From an uncultured Candidatus Rokubacteria bacterium (GTDB taxonomy: Bacteria > Methylomirabilota > Methylomirabilia > Rokubacteriales > CSP1-6), in contig CAVXJS010000011.1 of NCBI GenBank assembly GCA_963762145.1, forward strand, positions 96,001 through 160,000: DNA of 64,000 nt, in the 5' to 3' direction. The notes beneath the pieces are model-generated. The model made no database searches. It had not been told where the DNA came from and was given only the letters and a program-made list of their open reading frames with translations. A program made the position numbers and the translations under genes. Of this stretch, positions 51,850 to 61,180 are shown in pieces (within the stretch, counting starts at the first letter, position 1; every line of letters begins with the position of its first letter).

Positions 51850-52599
51850 ATGGGCTCGCTGATCCTGGCGATCCGCTTTCTCACGATCGTCCCGGTGCCC
51901 GGTCGCCAGGCGGCGGGCCCGTCGGCGCTGGGCCGGGCCGCCTGGTGGTTCCCCATCGTCGGGTTACTGCTGGGGATCGCGCTGGCGGTCGGGGGACGGG
52001 GGGCGGACGCGCTGTTCCCCCCGCTGGTCGCGGCGGCGCTCCTCGTCACGGGGTGGAAGGTGGCCACCGGCGGGATTCACCTCGACGGCGTCGCCGACTG
52101 TCTGGACGGCCTCGCGGGGAGCGACCCGGCGCGGCGGCTCGCGATCATGCGCGACAGCCGGATCGGCGTGTTCGGCGCCGCCGGCCTCATCCTGCTCTGC
52201 CTCCTGACCGTCGCCGCGCTCGCCGCGCTCGCCGCGTCCCTCCGACTCCGCGTCCTCGTGCTGGCCCCGGTGATCGGCCGGGTGGCGCCTCTGCTCGCGG
52301 GCGCCTGGCTGGCGCCCGCGACGCCGGGGCAGGGGCTCGGCGCCGCATTCGCCGCGGGCCTCTCGCGGGGAGCGGGGCCGGCCCACGTGGTCGCGTCCGG
52401 CGTCCTGGCCGCCTGGCTCCTGGGCATCGGCGGTGTGGCCGTCGCGGCGGCGGCGTGGAGCCTGGCGCTGCTCGCAGCCGCGTTCGTGGCCCGCCGTCTC
52501 GGCGGGCTCACCGGCGATGTGCTGGGCGCCGTCGTGGAGGTGGCCGAGCTCGGAACTCTGCTCGGCGTGGCGGCGGCGGCCCACCGGGGCTGGCTCTGA
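51850..52599 (+). CDS. cobS: Adenosylcobinamide-GDP ribazoletransferase (cobalamin synthase)
   Basis: FLTIVP, TGGIHLDG.AD..DG, IMRDSRIG, GGLTGDVLG. Confidence 0.95.
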   Translation: MGSLILAIRFLTIVPVPGRQAAGPSALGRAAWWFPIVGLLLGIALAVGGRGADALFPPLVAAALLVTGWKVATGGIHLDGVADCLDGLAGSDPARRLAIMRDSRIGVFGAAGLILLCLLTVAALAALAASLRLRVLVLAPVIGRVAPLLAGAWLAPATPGQGLGAAFAAGLSRGAGPAHVVASGVLAAWLLGIGGVAVAAAAWSLALLAAAFVARRLGGLTGDVLGAVVEVAELGTLLGVAAAAHRGWL

Positions 52600-53207
52600 C
52601 CTCCACCACCGTGTGCCTGGTCCGCCACGGCAGCGTGGTGGGCGCCGAGACCCGCCGCTTCATCGGCCACCTCGACGTGGCCCTCTCGCCGCTCGGCGTC
52701 GCGCAGCTCGATGCGCTCTCGCGCCGGCTCGAGTGCGTCGCGTTCGATGCGATCTACTGCAGCGATCTCGAGCGCACGCGGCACAGCGCCGAGATCCTGG
52801 CCGCGCCCCACGCGCTCACCCCCGTCCGGGACCCGGCCCTCCGCGAGTTCGCGATGGGGGAGTGGGACGGGCTGACCGCCGAGCAGATCCGCGCGCGTGA
52901 TGCCCGCGCGTTCGAGGCGTGGATGGCCGACGTGGGGCGCTTCCAGTTCCCCGGCGGCGAGAGCCTGCCCGACCTGGTCGCGCGGGCGGTCCCGGTCTTC
53001 GAGGCGCTGGTGGCGCGGCACGCGGGCGGCACGATCGCGGTGGTGGCGCACGGCGGGAGCAATCGCGCGATCCTCTGCCACGCGCTCGGGCTCGGCCCGG
53101 AGCGCCTGCTCGCGCTGGGCCAGGACTACGCGGCCCTCTCCGTGCTCGACGGGTCCGCCGGGCGCTGGACCCTGCGTTTGCTGAACCACTGCGAGCCCCT
53201 CCGGTGA
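52596..53207 (+). CDS. cobC: Histidine phosphatase, alpha-ribazole phosphatase-like
   Basis: LVRHG, SDLERT, GEWDG, PGGES, AHGG; directly after cobS. Start is either CTG 52596 (overlapping the cobS stop) or GTG 52611. Confidence 0.85.
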   Translation: MTSTTVCLVRHGSVVGAETRRFIGHLDVALSPLGVAQLDALSRRLECVAFDAIYCSDLERTRHSAEILAAPHALTPVRDPALREFAMGEWDGLTAEQIRARDARAFEAWMADVGRFQFPGGESLPDLVARAVPVFEALVARHAGGTIAVVAHGGSNRAILCHALGLGPERLLALGQDYAALSVLDGSAGRWTLRLLNHCEPLR

Positions 53208-53352
53208 CCGTCCGCGGGCCCCGGGCGGCCCGGCTGAGTCACCCGGGCCCGTTTCGCGGCTGACGGTTCCTGTAGGTCGTCTGTCACAACTTGTAGACTC
53301 CCGGGTCGCGCGCTGGAACTGCACCCCTGTCGAACCCAAAACAAGCCAGATA

Positions 53353-53418
53353 TATCAGCCTCTTACCGGCCTAAACGGACGCCAGATCGAGAGCCGATCC
53401 GCTGGCATTCGTCTTGCC
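53353..53418 (+). promoter_or_regulatory. IHF site plus sigma-54 promoter of the pilin cluster
   Basis: TATCAGCCTCTTA (53353-53365) matches WATCARNNNNTTR; TGGCAT-TCGTC-TTGCC at 53403-53418. Confidence 0.7.
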
Positions 53419-53451
53419 CTGTAGCGAGCCGGGTATGTGGAGGTCATGACC

Positions 53452-53898
53452 ATGCATGCGTTGAACCGATCGAAGTCTCGCGCCGCTGAGGCCGGGTTCA
53501 CCCTGGCCGAGATCCTGGTGGCCTGCGCCATCATCTCGGTGGGACTGGTCGCGGTGGCGACCGGCTTTGGGCTCGGCGTCGATGGGGTGGAGGCCGGGCG
53601 CCAGCAGAGCACCGCGGTGTTCCTCGCCGAGCAGCGCATCGAGCAGGCCAAGGAGCTGGCCATGCGTCAGACGGGTCTGGTGCAGCTCGTCGTCGGCAAC
53701 TTGCCGGCCACCGAGGCGTACGGGACGATCACGGGCGCTCCGCCCAGCTACCGTCGGACCACGACGATCACCGACAATCCGGGCGGCACCGCCGGCAAAC
53801 GCGTCGACGTCGTCGTGTTCTACCGCCCGGTGACCGGGCGCGGCGTGCTCACGACGGAACGGTCGGTGTCGCTGTCCATCTTCCTGGCAAATCGATGA
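53452..53898 (+). CDS. Type IV minor pilin, PilV-like
   Basis: Prepilin cleavage site AG/FTLAE followed by a hydrophobic helix; SD GGAGG. Confidence 0.85.
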   Translation: MHALNRSKSRAAEAGFTLAEILVACAIISVGLVAVATGFGLGVDGVEAGRQQSTAVFLAEQRIEQAKELAMRQTGLVQLVVGNLPATEAYGTITGAPPSYRRTTTITDNPGGTAGKRVDVVVFYRPVTGRGVLTTERSVSLSIFLANR

Positions 53899-53912
53899 GG
53901 CGAGGGGACATC

Positions 53913-54587
53913 ATGAACAATCAGCGAGGCTTCACCCTGGCCGAGATGCTGGTGGTCTGCGCCATCGTGGGTCTCGTGATGGCGAGCCTCCTGGGTCTCA
54001 CGATGCAGGGTCAGCAGGCGTACTGGTTCGGGACGACTCAGGTGGACGGCCAGCAGACGGTGCGCGTGGCCATCGAGCGCATGGCCAAGGAGATCCGCGA
54101 GGCGGGCTACGAGCCGCTGCCCGGCGAGACCGACCCTACCGCGTGCCCGAACGCCACGAACTATCCGCTCTACACCTCCGGCGTTCCTTGCTACAAGTTC
54201 GTGCCGGTCACCGCTGCCAGCGCGACCTCGCTCACGCTCCAGTACAACTGGAACGGCTCGACCTGCGCGGTCCCGTGTTCGCCCATCACGACGGGCGCCC
54301 TGGTCACCGATCCGATGGTGTGTCCGACCGCTGCCTGCCGGGGCGAGCAGATCACGTACGCCCTGACTTCCGGCAACATCACGCGCCAGGAGATCGTGGT
54401 GGACGCGTCCCCGGTCGTCATCGCGAGCGGCATCACCAACCTGACCTTCACCTATCGAGACGAGAACAACAACGTCACGGCGTCGACCGACCTCATCCGG
54501 TCTGTCGAGATCTCGGTGACCGCCCAGACCGCGACCAAGGGCGCCTTCGTGACGATGGTCGATCGTATCCGGCTGCGCAATCGATGA
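53913..54587 (+). CDS. Type IV minor pilin, PilW-like
   Basis: QRG/FTLAE, EIREAGY, C-terminal IRLRN; Cys-rich variable region. Confidence 0.87.
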   Translation: MNNQRGFTLAEMLVVCAIVGLVMASLLGLTMQGQQAYWFGTTQVDGQQTVRVAIERMAKEIREAGYEPLPGETDPTACPNATNYPLYTSGVPCYKFVPVTAASATSLTLQYNWNGSTCAVPCSPITTGALVTDPMVCPTAACRGEQITYALTSGNITRQEIVVDASPVVIASGITNLTFTYRDENNNVTASTDLIRSVEISVTAQTATKGAFVTMVDRIRLRNR

Positions 54588-54616
54588 TCCAAGTCACACC
54601 CCGGAGGCCAGTACCG

Positions 54617-56086
54617 ATGAAGACGTGGCGCACGATGCTTGGTGATGAGCGCGGGGTGGCCCTGCCCCTCGCGATGATCATGCTGGTGGTCCTGACGATG
54701 CTCACGCTCACGTTCATGTCCCTGGGGGCGGTCGAGCCCCAGATCTCCCGCAACCTCTCCGACGGCGCCCGCGCCCGGCAGCTTGCCGAGAGCGGGATCG
54801 AGTGGGGATTCAATCAGCTCGCGGGCAAGGCCTTCGACGACGCGACCCTGCTGGGCAGCGGCCTCACCACCGGCGGCGTCAACTGCGGATCGGGCATCGT
54901 CTGCAAGGTGCTGGTGACCGGTCAGGCGATGCCGGGGCTCACCACGACCGCCGGCACGTTCACGGTGACGCTGCGGAACGACCTGAACACGCTCAACACG
55001 GACCAGGCGCTCATCGGGAGCGGCAACACCCTCGACACGAGCACCTCGGTGGACAACAACAAGATCGTGATCCTGAAGTCGACCGGCACCTACAACGGGG
55101 CGAGCCGGACGATCACCGCGGTCGTCCAGCGCGGCAACCTGCCGATCAACGCGGCGGTGAGCCTGCCCGGCGTGCAGGGCGACACCTATACGGACGCGCC
55201 GCCCTGCGCGGGCTGCTACTCCGTCGACGGGCGCGACTGGAAGGACGTCGACACCACCACCAACACCGGGACGGGCCCGCTGAAGTACGCGATGACCGCC
55301 GCCAACAACACGATCGAGGGGATCGCAGAGAGCGGGTTCAATACCCTCGCCAAGCGCGACTACATGCACGGCCTGACCGACGGTGACGGCTACAGCGCGG
55401 CGACCGATGGCGCGAACCTCACCGGGGCGACCGGCAACGGCCGGAACACCATCGCGAGCGACGGCACGCTCACCCCGGCCCTGATCACGAAGTTCATGCA
55501 GAACCTGGCAAGCAATCCGTCGACCCAGATCCTCAACAGCACCATGGCCTGCCAGTACCCCGCGGGTGGCGGCGACCACGACAAGCCCGAGGGCATCAAG
55601 ATGCAGAGCACGGGCACCGCGAACATCGTGACGGTCACGAACAACTGCGTCGGGACCGATCAGATCAACCAGACCGTGAACCTCGGCACGGCGGCCGCGC
55701 CCACGATGCTCTACGTCAAGGGCGAGTACGACCCGAACTCCCTCTTCCGCGGCCTCGGGGTGGATGGGAGCAACGCGATCACCGGCTACGGCATCCTCGT
55801 CGTCGAGGACTCCGACCTGGCCTTCTTCCAGACCGGCCAGTTCCGGTGGAACGGCATCGTCCTGCTCACCGGGCGCAACAACTCGTCCGCGTTCCTCGGC
55901 GCGAGCAACACCGAGATCCGCGGCGCCCTCATCACGAACGAGACGAACACCGCCGAGGTGAGCGGCTTCTCCGAGTTCGCGGTCAAGACGGACGGCAGCA
56001 TGAAGATCCGCGCGAGCAAGGAGAACGTGGACCGGGCCCTCATGGCGCTTTACAACATGCGGATCTCCGCATACCGCGAGAACTAG
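54617..56086 (+). CDS. PilX-like N-terminal domain protein with large beta-rich C-terminal region
   Basis: ERG/VALPL (no Glu5), ARQLAESG; Thr/Gly/Asn-rich body; SD GGAGG. Confidence 0.83.
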   Translation: MKTWRTMLGDERGVALPLAMIMLVVLTMLTLTFMSLGAVEPQISRNLSDGARARQLAESGIEWGFNQLAGKAFDDATLLGSGLTTGGVNCGSGIVCKVLVTGQAMPGLTTTAGTFTVTLRNDLNTLNTDQALIGSGNTLDTSTSVDNNKIVILKSTGTYNGASRTITAVVQRGNLPINAAVSLPGVQGDTYTDAPPCAGCYSVDGRDWKDVDTTTNTGTGPLKYAMTAANNTIEGIAESGFNTLAKRDYMHGLTDGDGYSAATDGANLTGATGNGRNTIASDGTLTPALITKFMQNLASNPSTQILNSTMACQYPAGGGDHDKPEGIKMQSTGTANIVTVTNNCVGTDQINQTVNLGTAAAPTMLYVKGEYDPNSLFRGLGVDGSNAITGYGILVVEDSDLAFFQTGQFRWNGIVLLTGRNNSSAFLGASNTEIRGALITNETNTAEVSGFSEFAVKTDGSMKIRASKENVDRALMALYNMRISAYREN

Positions 56087-56088
56087 GC

Positions 56089-56841
56089 GTGCGGATCCTG
56101 CTCCTGGCCGCGGCGCTGCTGCTCGCGGCCTGCCAGGAACCGCCCGCGGATCATCCGGTCACGAGCCAGGTCTCCCCGGCCGCGCAGCTGCAAGCCGAGG
56201 GGGCCGCGCTCATGGCCCGGGGCGACCACGCGGGCGCGATCGAGAAGTTCCGGCAGGGGCTCGATCTGGAGCCCAACAGCGTGCCGCTGCACTTCGCCCT
56301 CGGCACCGCGTATTCGTTCCTCGATCGGCGGCCGGAGGGCATCGCCCAGCTCCGCTGGGTGGTCGCGAACGCCAGCACCGAGTCGACCGAGTACCAGGAG
56401 GCGCGTCGCTGGCTGCTGCGCGCGGGTGCCCTCGTCGACGCGCCCACGGTGGCCAGAGCCGCCGAGACCTCGGCGGCGGAGGCGGCCAAGAAGGTGGTGG
56501 ATCCGGCCGCGCAGGGCTCGGTCGCCGGCGAGACCCGCTGGGCGGGGGTGGCTCCGGCCGAGAACCCGATCCCGATCCGGATGTCGCTGGTGGGCAGCGA
56601 CGACGCCACGAAGCACGTCGGTCAGCGGCGAGACTTCGCCCTGGGTGAGCGCTTCGAGTTCAAGGACGTTCCCGAGGGTCAGTACCGGCTGGTCGGCGTC
56701 TTCGACGACAAGATCATCTGGGACCAGAACATCACGGTGAAGGGCGGCAAGCGGACCGACGTCGCACTGGATCAGGGCGCAAGCACCGTGCCGCCCACCA
56801 CATTCCCGCTTCAGGACCGCGTCCCGAGCTCGTCCCGGTAG
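56089..56841 (+). CDS. TPR-containing lipoprotein with C-terminal beta-sandwich domain
   Basis: Lipobox LAAC; TPR-like AIEKFRQGLDLEPNS..LHFALG.AY; FKDVPEGQY. Confidence 0.72.
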   Translation: MRILLLAAALLLAACQEPPADHPVTSQVSPAAQLQAEGAALMARGDHAGAIEKFRQGLDLEPNSVPLHFALGTAYSFLDRRPEGIAQLRWVVANASTESTEYQEARRWLLRAGALVDAPTVARAAETSAAEAAKKVVDPAAQGSVAGETRWAGVAPAENPIPIRMSLVGSDDATKHVGQRRDFALGERFEFKDVPEGQYRLVGVFDDKIIWDQNITVKGGKRTDVALDQGASTVPPTTFPLQDRVPSSSR

Positions 56842-56874
56842 CCGCCGGAACAAATCCGCGGCGGGGCGCGCCGG

Positions 56875-57264
56875 CTAGCGGCGCAGGCCGAGGGCGCCGC
56901 CCCCGATCATCGCCGACGCCACCGTGGCCACCAGCAGGACCAGCACGTACTCGTAGCCGGGGGAGTCCGGCTTCAGGTCGGCCCAGAAGCCGTTCTTCAG
57001 GTGCACGAAGACGATCGCCCCCAGCATGGCGGGGACGTTCGCCAGTGCCGCCCAGCGCGGGAAGATCCCGAGCACGAGACAGATGCCGCCGAGCCCGTGC
57101 GCCAGGATCAGGTACCACGTGGCGAGCTCCGGGAAAGGCACGCCCGCCTTGGTCTGATAGGCCACCATTCCCGAGGGACCGAAGACGACCAGCGCGAGGT
57201 AGGCGTGCATGATGTAAACGACGCCCAGGATCACCCGGAGCAGCATCGCGCCGTAGGACGCCAT
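56875..57264 (-). CDS. DoxX family membrane protein
   Basis: LLRVILG...H, GVPFPE, LG.FPRWAAL, VH..NG, GYEY. Confidence 0.9.
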   Translation of the reverse strand: MASYGAMLLRVILGVVYIMHAYLALVVFGPSGMVAYQTKAGVPFPELATWYLILAHGLGGICLVLGIFPRWAALANVPAMLGAIVFVHLKNGFWADLKPDSPGYEYVLVLLVATVASAMIGGGALGLRR

Positions 57265-57284
57265 GGGGCCTCCTTCCCTGGCTC

Positions 57285-57980
57285 TCAGGGCTTGCGGAAC
57301 ATGATCTCGCCGAAGTAGGCCTCGGCCGAAGAGCGCGTGTCGTTGGAGTCGATGGAGATCGAGACCGCGCCCACGTCTTCCGACGGCGCCTCCCCGTAGA
57401 TCTTCCGGTAGTCCTCGAGCACATTGCGGGTCTCGGTCAGCCACTTGCCCAGATCGGCCGGTCCCGATCGGACCACCACGTAGGTCACGAGGCCCGTCTT
57501 CTCGCTCTTGAACACGGCGCCGGCGGGCGCGGTGGTGTCCCAGATGTAGGAGATGATGCGCGAGCGGACCTGGGTCGGGAACCGCGGGAAGGTGACGTAG
57601 AGCTGCGCGGCCTGATCGTCGGTCGCGGACTTGCGAGCGTCGCCTCCCTTGGGGAGGGTCACCGCCTGCCAGCTCCACGTCAGGATCGACAGGCTCTTGA
57701 CGTCCACCTTGATCTCCTTGGAGATCGTCGAGCTGTCGTTGTTGCTCTTGATGCTGAGCGCCTTGCGGCCGTCCTGGGTGACGATGCGAAAGTCGAACTT
57801 GGGGCTGCCCCAGCTCTGTCCCTTCCACCCGTCCGGGATGCCGGTCTTGCCGTCGGGCTGCTGCGACCAATCCTCGACGAGGAACGTGGGCGGATCGGCC
57901 GCGGACAGGGGCCCGCTCGTGACGAGCGTCATCGCCAGCAGCGTCATCCAGGCCGTGAATGCGATCGCCGCGCGGAACAT
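57285..57980 (-). CDS. DUF3047 family exported protein
   Basis: Signal peptide; LTWSW, K..DDQAAQLYV.F, YIW, GKW..E.RN...DY, DSNDT. Confidence 0.85.
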   Translation of the reverse strand: MFRAAIAFTAWMTLLAMTLVTSGPLSAADPPTFLVEDWSQQPDGKTGIPDGWKGQSWGSPKFDFRIVTQDGRKALSIKSNNDSSTISKEIKVDVKSLSILTWSWQAVTLPKGGDARKSATDDQAAQLYVTFPRFPTQVRSRIISYIWDTTAPAGAVFKSEKTGLVTYVVVRSGPADLGKWLTETRNVLEDYRKIYGEAPSEDVGAVSISIDSNDTRSSAEAYFGEIMFRKP

Positions 57981-58027
57981 GGCCGGCTCAGTGTCTCACG
58001 GGGTCCATGTGCTACGGTAAAAACCTG

Positions 58028-58393
58028 ATGCCGGACGTGCGGATCGACAAGTGGTTGTGGGCGGCGCGCTTCTTCAAGAGCCGCACGCTCGCCGCGACCG
58101 CCTGCAACGGCGGGAAGGTGCACGTCAACGGCGACGCGGCCAAGCCATCCAAGGCGGTGCGGCCCGGCGACATGCTGCGCGTGACGCTCCCGCGAATTCG
58201 CCGCGTCGTGCGCGTAGTCGCGCTCGCCGAGCGACGGGGCGGCGCGAGCGAGGCGGCGGTGCTCTACGAGGATCTCACTCCGCCCCCGCCGCCGCGCGAG
58301 GCGCGCCCGGCCCCGCCCGCCTATCGTCCGCCGGGCGCGGGACGTCCCACCAAGCGCGAGCGCCGCCGCATCGACCGCCTCGGCGACGGGTAA
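58028..58393 (+). CDS. hslR: S4-domain RNA-binding heat shock protein 15
   Basis: VRIDKWLWAARFFKSR, KPSK, GRPTKRERR. Confidence 0.93.
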   Translation: MPDVRIDKWLWAARFFKSRTLAATACNGGKVHVNGDAAKPSKAVRPGDMLRVTLPRIRRVVRVVALAERRGGASEAAVLYEDLTPPPPPREARPAPPAYRPPGAGRPTKRERRRIDRLGDG

Positions 58394-58433
58394 GGGCGGT
58401 TGCGCTCACCGCACCCCTCTGTTACGGTCTGCC

Positions 58434-58613
58434 CGTCCATGGTGTCCGGGCGGCCCGCCGGGTGCGGGCCCCAGGGAAGGCGGTGCGAATCCGCCGCGAC
58501 CCCGTCACTGTAATCGGGTACGAAACCCGCGATCGGCCACTGCTCCGGCCCCAGCCGGATCGGGAAGGCGCGGGGAGTAGGACGATCCGAAAGCCAGGAG
58601 ACCTGCCCGGACG
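58434..58613 (+). promoter_or_regulatory. Cobalamin riboswitch 1 (upstream of cobU)
   Basis: GGTG...AGGGAA-ggcGGTGCGAATCCgcc...CACTGTAA...GCCACTG...GGGAAGGC...AGCCAGGAGACCTGCC. A hairpin at 58627-58646 sequesters the SD. Confidence 0.93.
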
Positions 58614-58648
58614 CTGCCACCCGCGCCGGTCCTCGAGGGAGGACCGAG

Positions 58649-59224
58649 GTGACGGCCGTGCACTCCTCGCATCTCGTGCTGGGCGGCGCCCGTAGCGGCA
58701 AGAGTCGCCACGCGGTCGAGCGGGCGGCGCAGTGCGCGCGGCGCGTGGCCTTCCTGGCGACCGCGCGGGCGCTGGACGGCGACATGGCCGCGCGCATCGC
58801 GCGTCACCGGGCCGAGCGTCCGTCCGGCTGGACCACGCTGGAGGCGCCGCAGGATCTCGTGGAAGCCTGCCGCCGTGCCGCCCCCGCGCATGACCTGATC
58901 CTCGTGGACTGCGCCACCGTCTGGGTCGCCAACCTGATGGAGCGCGGCGACGACGACGCGGCGGTCCTGGCCGCCGCCGACGACCTGGCCACGCTCCAGC
59001 GGGAGCGCGTCGTCTCCCTCCTCATCGTCTCGAACGAGGTGGGCGAGGGCGTGCATCCCCCGACCGAGCTCGGACGCCGCTTTCGCGACCTCCTCGGATT
59101 CGTCAACCAGCGCCTGGCCGCCGCCGCCGATCGGGTGACCCTGATGGTCGCGGGCATTCCGATGGCGGTGAAGGACACGCCGCCGCTCCCGACCCGTCGC
59201 GAGCCGACCCATGAAGCTCCCTGA
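58649..59224 (+). CDS. cobU: Bifunctional adenosylcobinamide kinase/cobinamide-phosphate guanylyltransferase
   Basis: GGARSGKS, RIARH...RP..W, VDC, VSNEVG.G. Confidence 0.95.
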   Translation: MTAVHSSHLVLGGARSGKSRHAVERAAQCARRVAFLATARALDGDMAARIARHRAERPSGWTTLEAPQDLVEACRRAAPAHDLILVDCATVWVANLMERGDDDAAVLAAADDLATLQRERVVSLLIVSNEVGEGVHPPTELGRRFRDLLGFVNQRLAAAADRVTLMVAGIPMAVKDTPPLPTRREPTHEAP

Positions 59225-60275
59225 CGTCATCCCGTTGCCGGATCCCGGCGCCGAGCTCGAGGTGCGCCGGCGCCTCGATGAGCTCACCAAGCCGCCGGGG
59301 AGCCTGGGGCGGCTCGAGGAGCTGGCGGTGCGGCTCGCCGCCATCACGGGGATCTGTCCGCCGCCGCTCAGGGACCCGGTGATCTTCACGCTGGCGGGTG
59401 ACCACGGCGTGGTCGCGCAGGGAGTGAGCGCCTACCCTCAGGTCGTCACCGCCCAGATGGTGGAGAACTTCCTGCGCGGTGGCGCGGCGGTCAACGTCCT
59501 CGCGCGCCACGCGGGCGCGCGCGTCGTGGTGGCGGACCTGGGCGTGGCGGTGTCGCTGCCCCGGCATCCGGATCTGCGGGACTGCAAGGTGGCGCCCGGC
59601 ACCGCGGACATGACCCGCGGGCCCGCGATGACACCCGCACAGTGCACGCGGGCGATCGAGGCGGGCATCGCCCTGGTGGAGGCCGAGCGCGCCCGCGGCG
59701 CGGACCTGATCGGCACCGGCGAGATGGGGATCGGCAATACGACCGCGGCCAGCGCGATCGTGGCCGCCCTCACCGGCGCGTCGCCGGAGAGTGTCACCGG
59801 TCCGGGTACGGGCATCGACGCGGCTGGCCGGCGGCGGAAGGTCGAGGCCATCCGGTTGGCACTGGCCGTGAATCGGCCGGATGCGGCCGATCCCCTCGAC
59901 ACCCTTGCCAAGCTCGGGGGCTTCGAGATCGCCGGGCTCGTGGGCGTCATCCTGGCCGGCGCCGCGGGGCGCCTGCCGGTGGTGCTCGACGGCTTCATCG
60001 CCGGGGCGGCCGCCCTCGCCGCCGTCCGGATCCGACCTGAGGCGCGCGCAGCACTGCTCGCCGCGCACCGCTCCGCCGAGCCGGGCCATGCCCGCGTTCT
60101 GGAGGCCCTGGACCTCGAACCCTACCTCGATCTCGGTCTTCGCCTGGGGGAGGGGACCGGTGCGGCCCTCTGCATCGGTCTGGCGCGTGCCGCGGTCGGC
60201 GTCCTGTCGGACATGGCGACCTTCAAGTCGGCCGGCGTGTCGGATCGTCCGCACGTCCCGGGCGGTCGATCGTGA
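59211..60275 (+). CDS. cobT: Nicotinate-nucleotide-dimethylbenzimidazole phosphoribosyltransferase
   Basis: LTKPPGSLGRLE, GEMGIGNT, RLGEGTGA. Confidence 0.97.
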   Translation: MKLPDVIPLPDPGAELEVRRRLDELTKPPGSLGRLEELAVRLAAITGICPPPLRDPVIFTLAGDHGVVAQGVSAYPQVVTAQMVENFLRGGAAVNVLARHAGARVVVADLGVAVSLPRHPDLRDCKVAPGTADMTRGPAMTPAQCTRAIEAGIALVEAERARGADLIGTGEMGIGNTTAASAIVAALTGASPESVTGPGTGIDAAGRRRKVEAIRLALAVNRPDAADPLDTLAKLGGFEIAGLVGVILAGAAGRLPVVLDGFIAGAAALAAVRIRPEARAALLAAHRSAEPGHARVLEALDLEPYLDLGLRLGEGTGAALCIGLARAAVGVLSDMATFKSAGVSDRPHVPGGRS

Positions 60276-61180
60276 TCGGCCCCGTGCGCTGGCTTCTCGC
60301 CGTGCTGGTGCTGGCGTCGTGCGGGCTGCTGTCCGCGGCAGGGTCTGCCCTGACCGTCACCGATCAGATGGGCCGGCGCGTCGTCCTGCCGGCGCGGCCG
60401 GTGCGGATCGTCTCGCTCGTGCCCAGCGTGACCGAGACCGTCTTCACGATCGGAGCCCAGGACCGCCTCGTCGGCGTCACCGACTTTTGCGACTATCCGC
60501 CCGCGGCCCGCCAGAAGCCCAGCATCGGCGGCATGGTCTCGCCGAGCCTCGAGGGAATCGTGGCGCTCAAGCCCGATCTCGTGGTCGCCACCACCGCGGG
60601 TAATCGACAGGAGACGTTTGATCAGCTGGCGAGGCTCAAGATACCGGTCTACCTGGTCAATCCGGTGTCGGTGCATGACGTGCTGGACCTGATCGTCCGG
60701 CTGGGTCGCCTGACCGATCGTCCCGAGGCGGCGGATCGCGTGGCCGCCCTCCTGCGTGAGCGCATCCAGGCCGTCTCGGCCCGCGTGGCGGGGCGCCCAC
60801 GCCCGCGCGTGTTCTACGTGCTCTGGCCGGACCCGCTCATCGTGCCCGCGCGCGGCGCGCTCGTCTCCGAGCTGATCGCCCTGGCCGGCGGCGACTCCGT
60901 GACCGCCGACGGGGGGCAGGGGTATCCACGCTACAGCATGGAGGCGGCCCTGGCCCGGAATCCCGAGGTCATCCTGGTCGCGAGCCACGATGCGGCACAG
61001 AGCGCGCTGGTACGGGCCAAGTGGGAGCGTTTCACCCAGGTCCCGGCGGTCCGCGCGGGGCGGCTGCATACCGTGGACGGCAACCTGATGCACCGCTACG
61101 GCCCCCGCATGGTGGACGGTCTGGAGACGCTTGCGCGCCTGATCCATCCCGAAGCATTCGTCCGGGCGGTGGCGCGATGA
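60272..61180 (+). CDS. btuF: Cobalamin ABC transporter substrate-binding protein
   Basis: RIVSLVPSVTE, VGVT.FCDYP, LKPDLV, R.GPR; cob operon context. Confidence 0.9.
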   Translation: MIGPVRWLLAVLVLASCGLLSAAGSALTVTDQMGRRVVLPARPVRIVSLVPSVTETVFTIGAQDRLVGVTDFCDYPPAARQKPSIGGMVSPSLEGIVALKPDLVVATTAGNRQETFDQLARLKIPVYLVNPVSVHDVLDLIVRLGRLTDRPEAADRVAALLRERIQAVSARVAGRPRPRVFYVLWPDPLIVPARGALVSELIALAGGDSVTADGGQGYPRYSMEAALARNPEVILVASHDAAQSALVRAKWERFTQVPAVRAGRLHTVDGNLMHRYGPRMVDGLETLARLIHPEAFVRAVAR

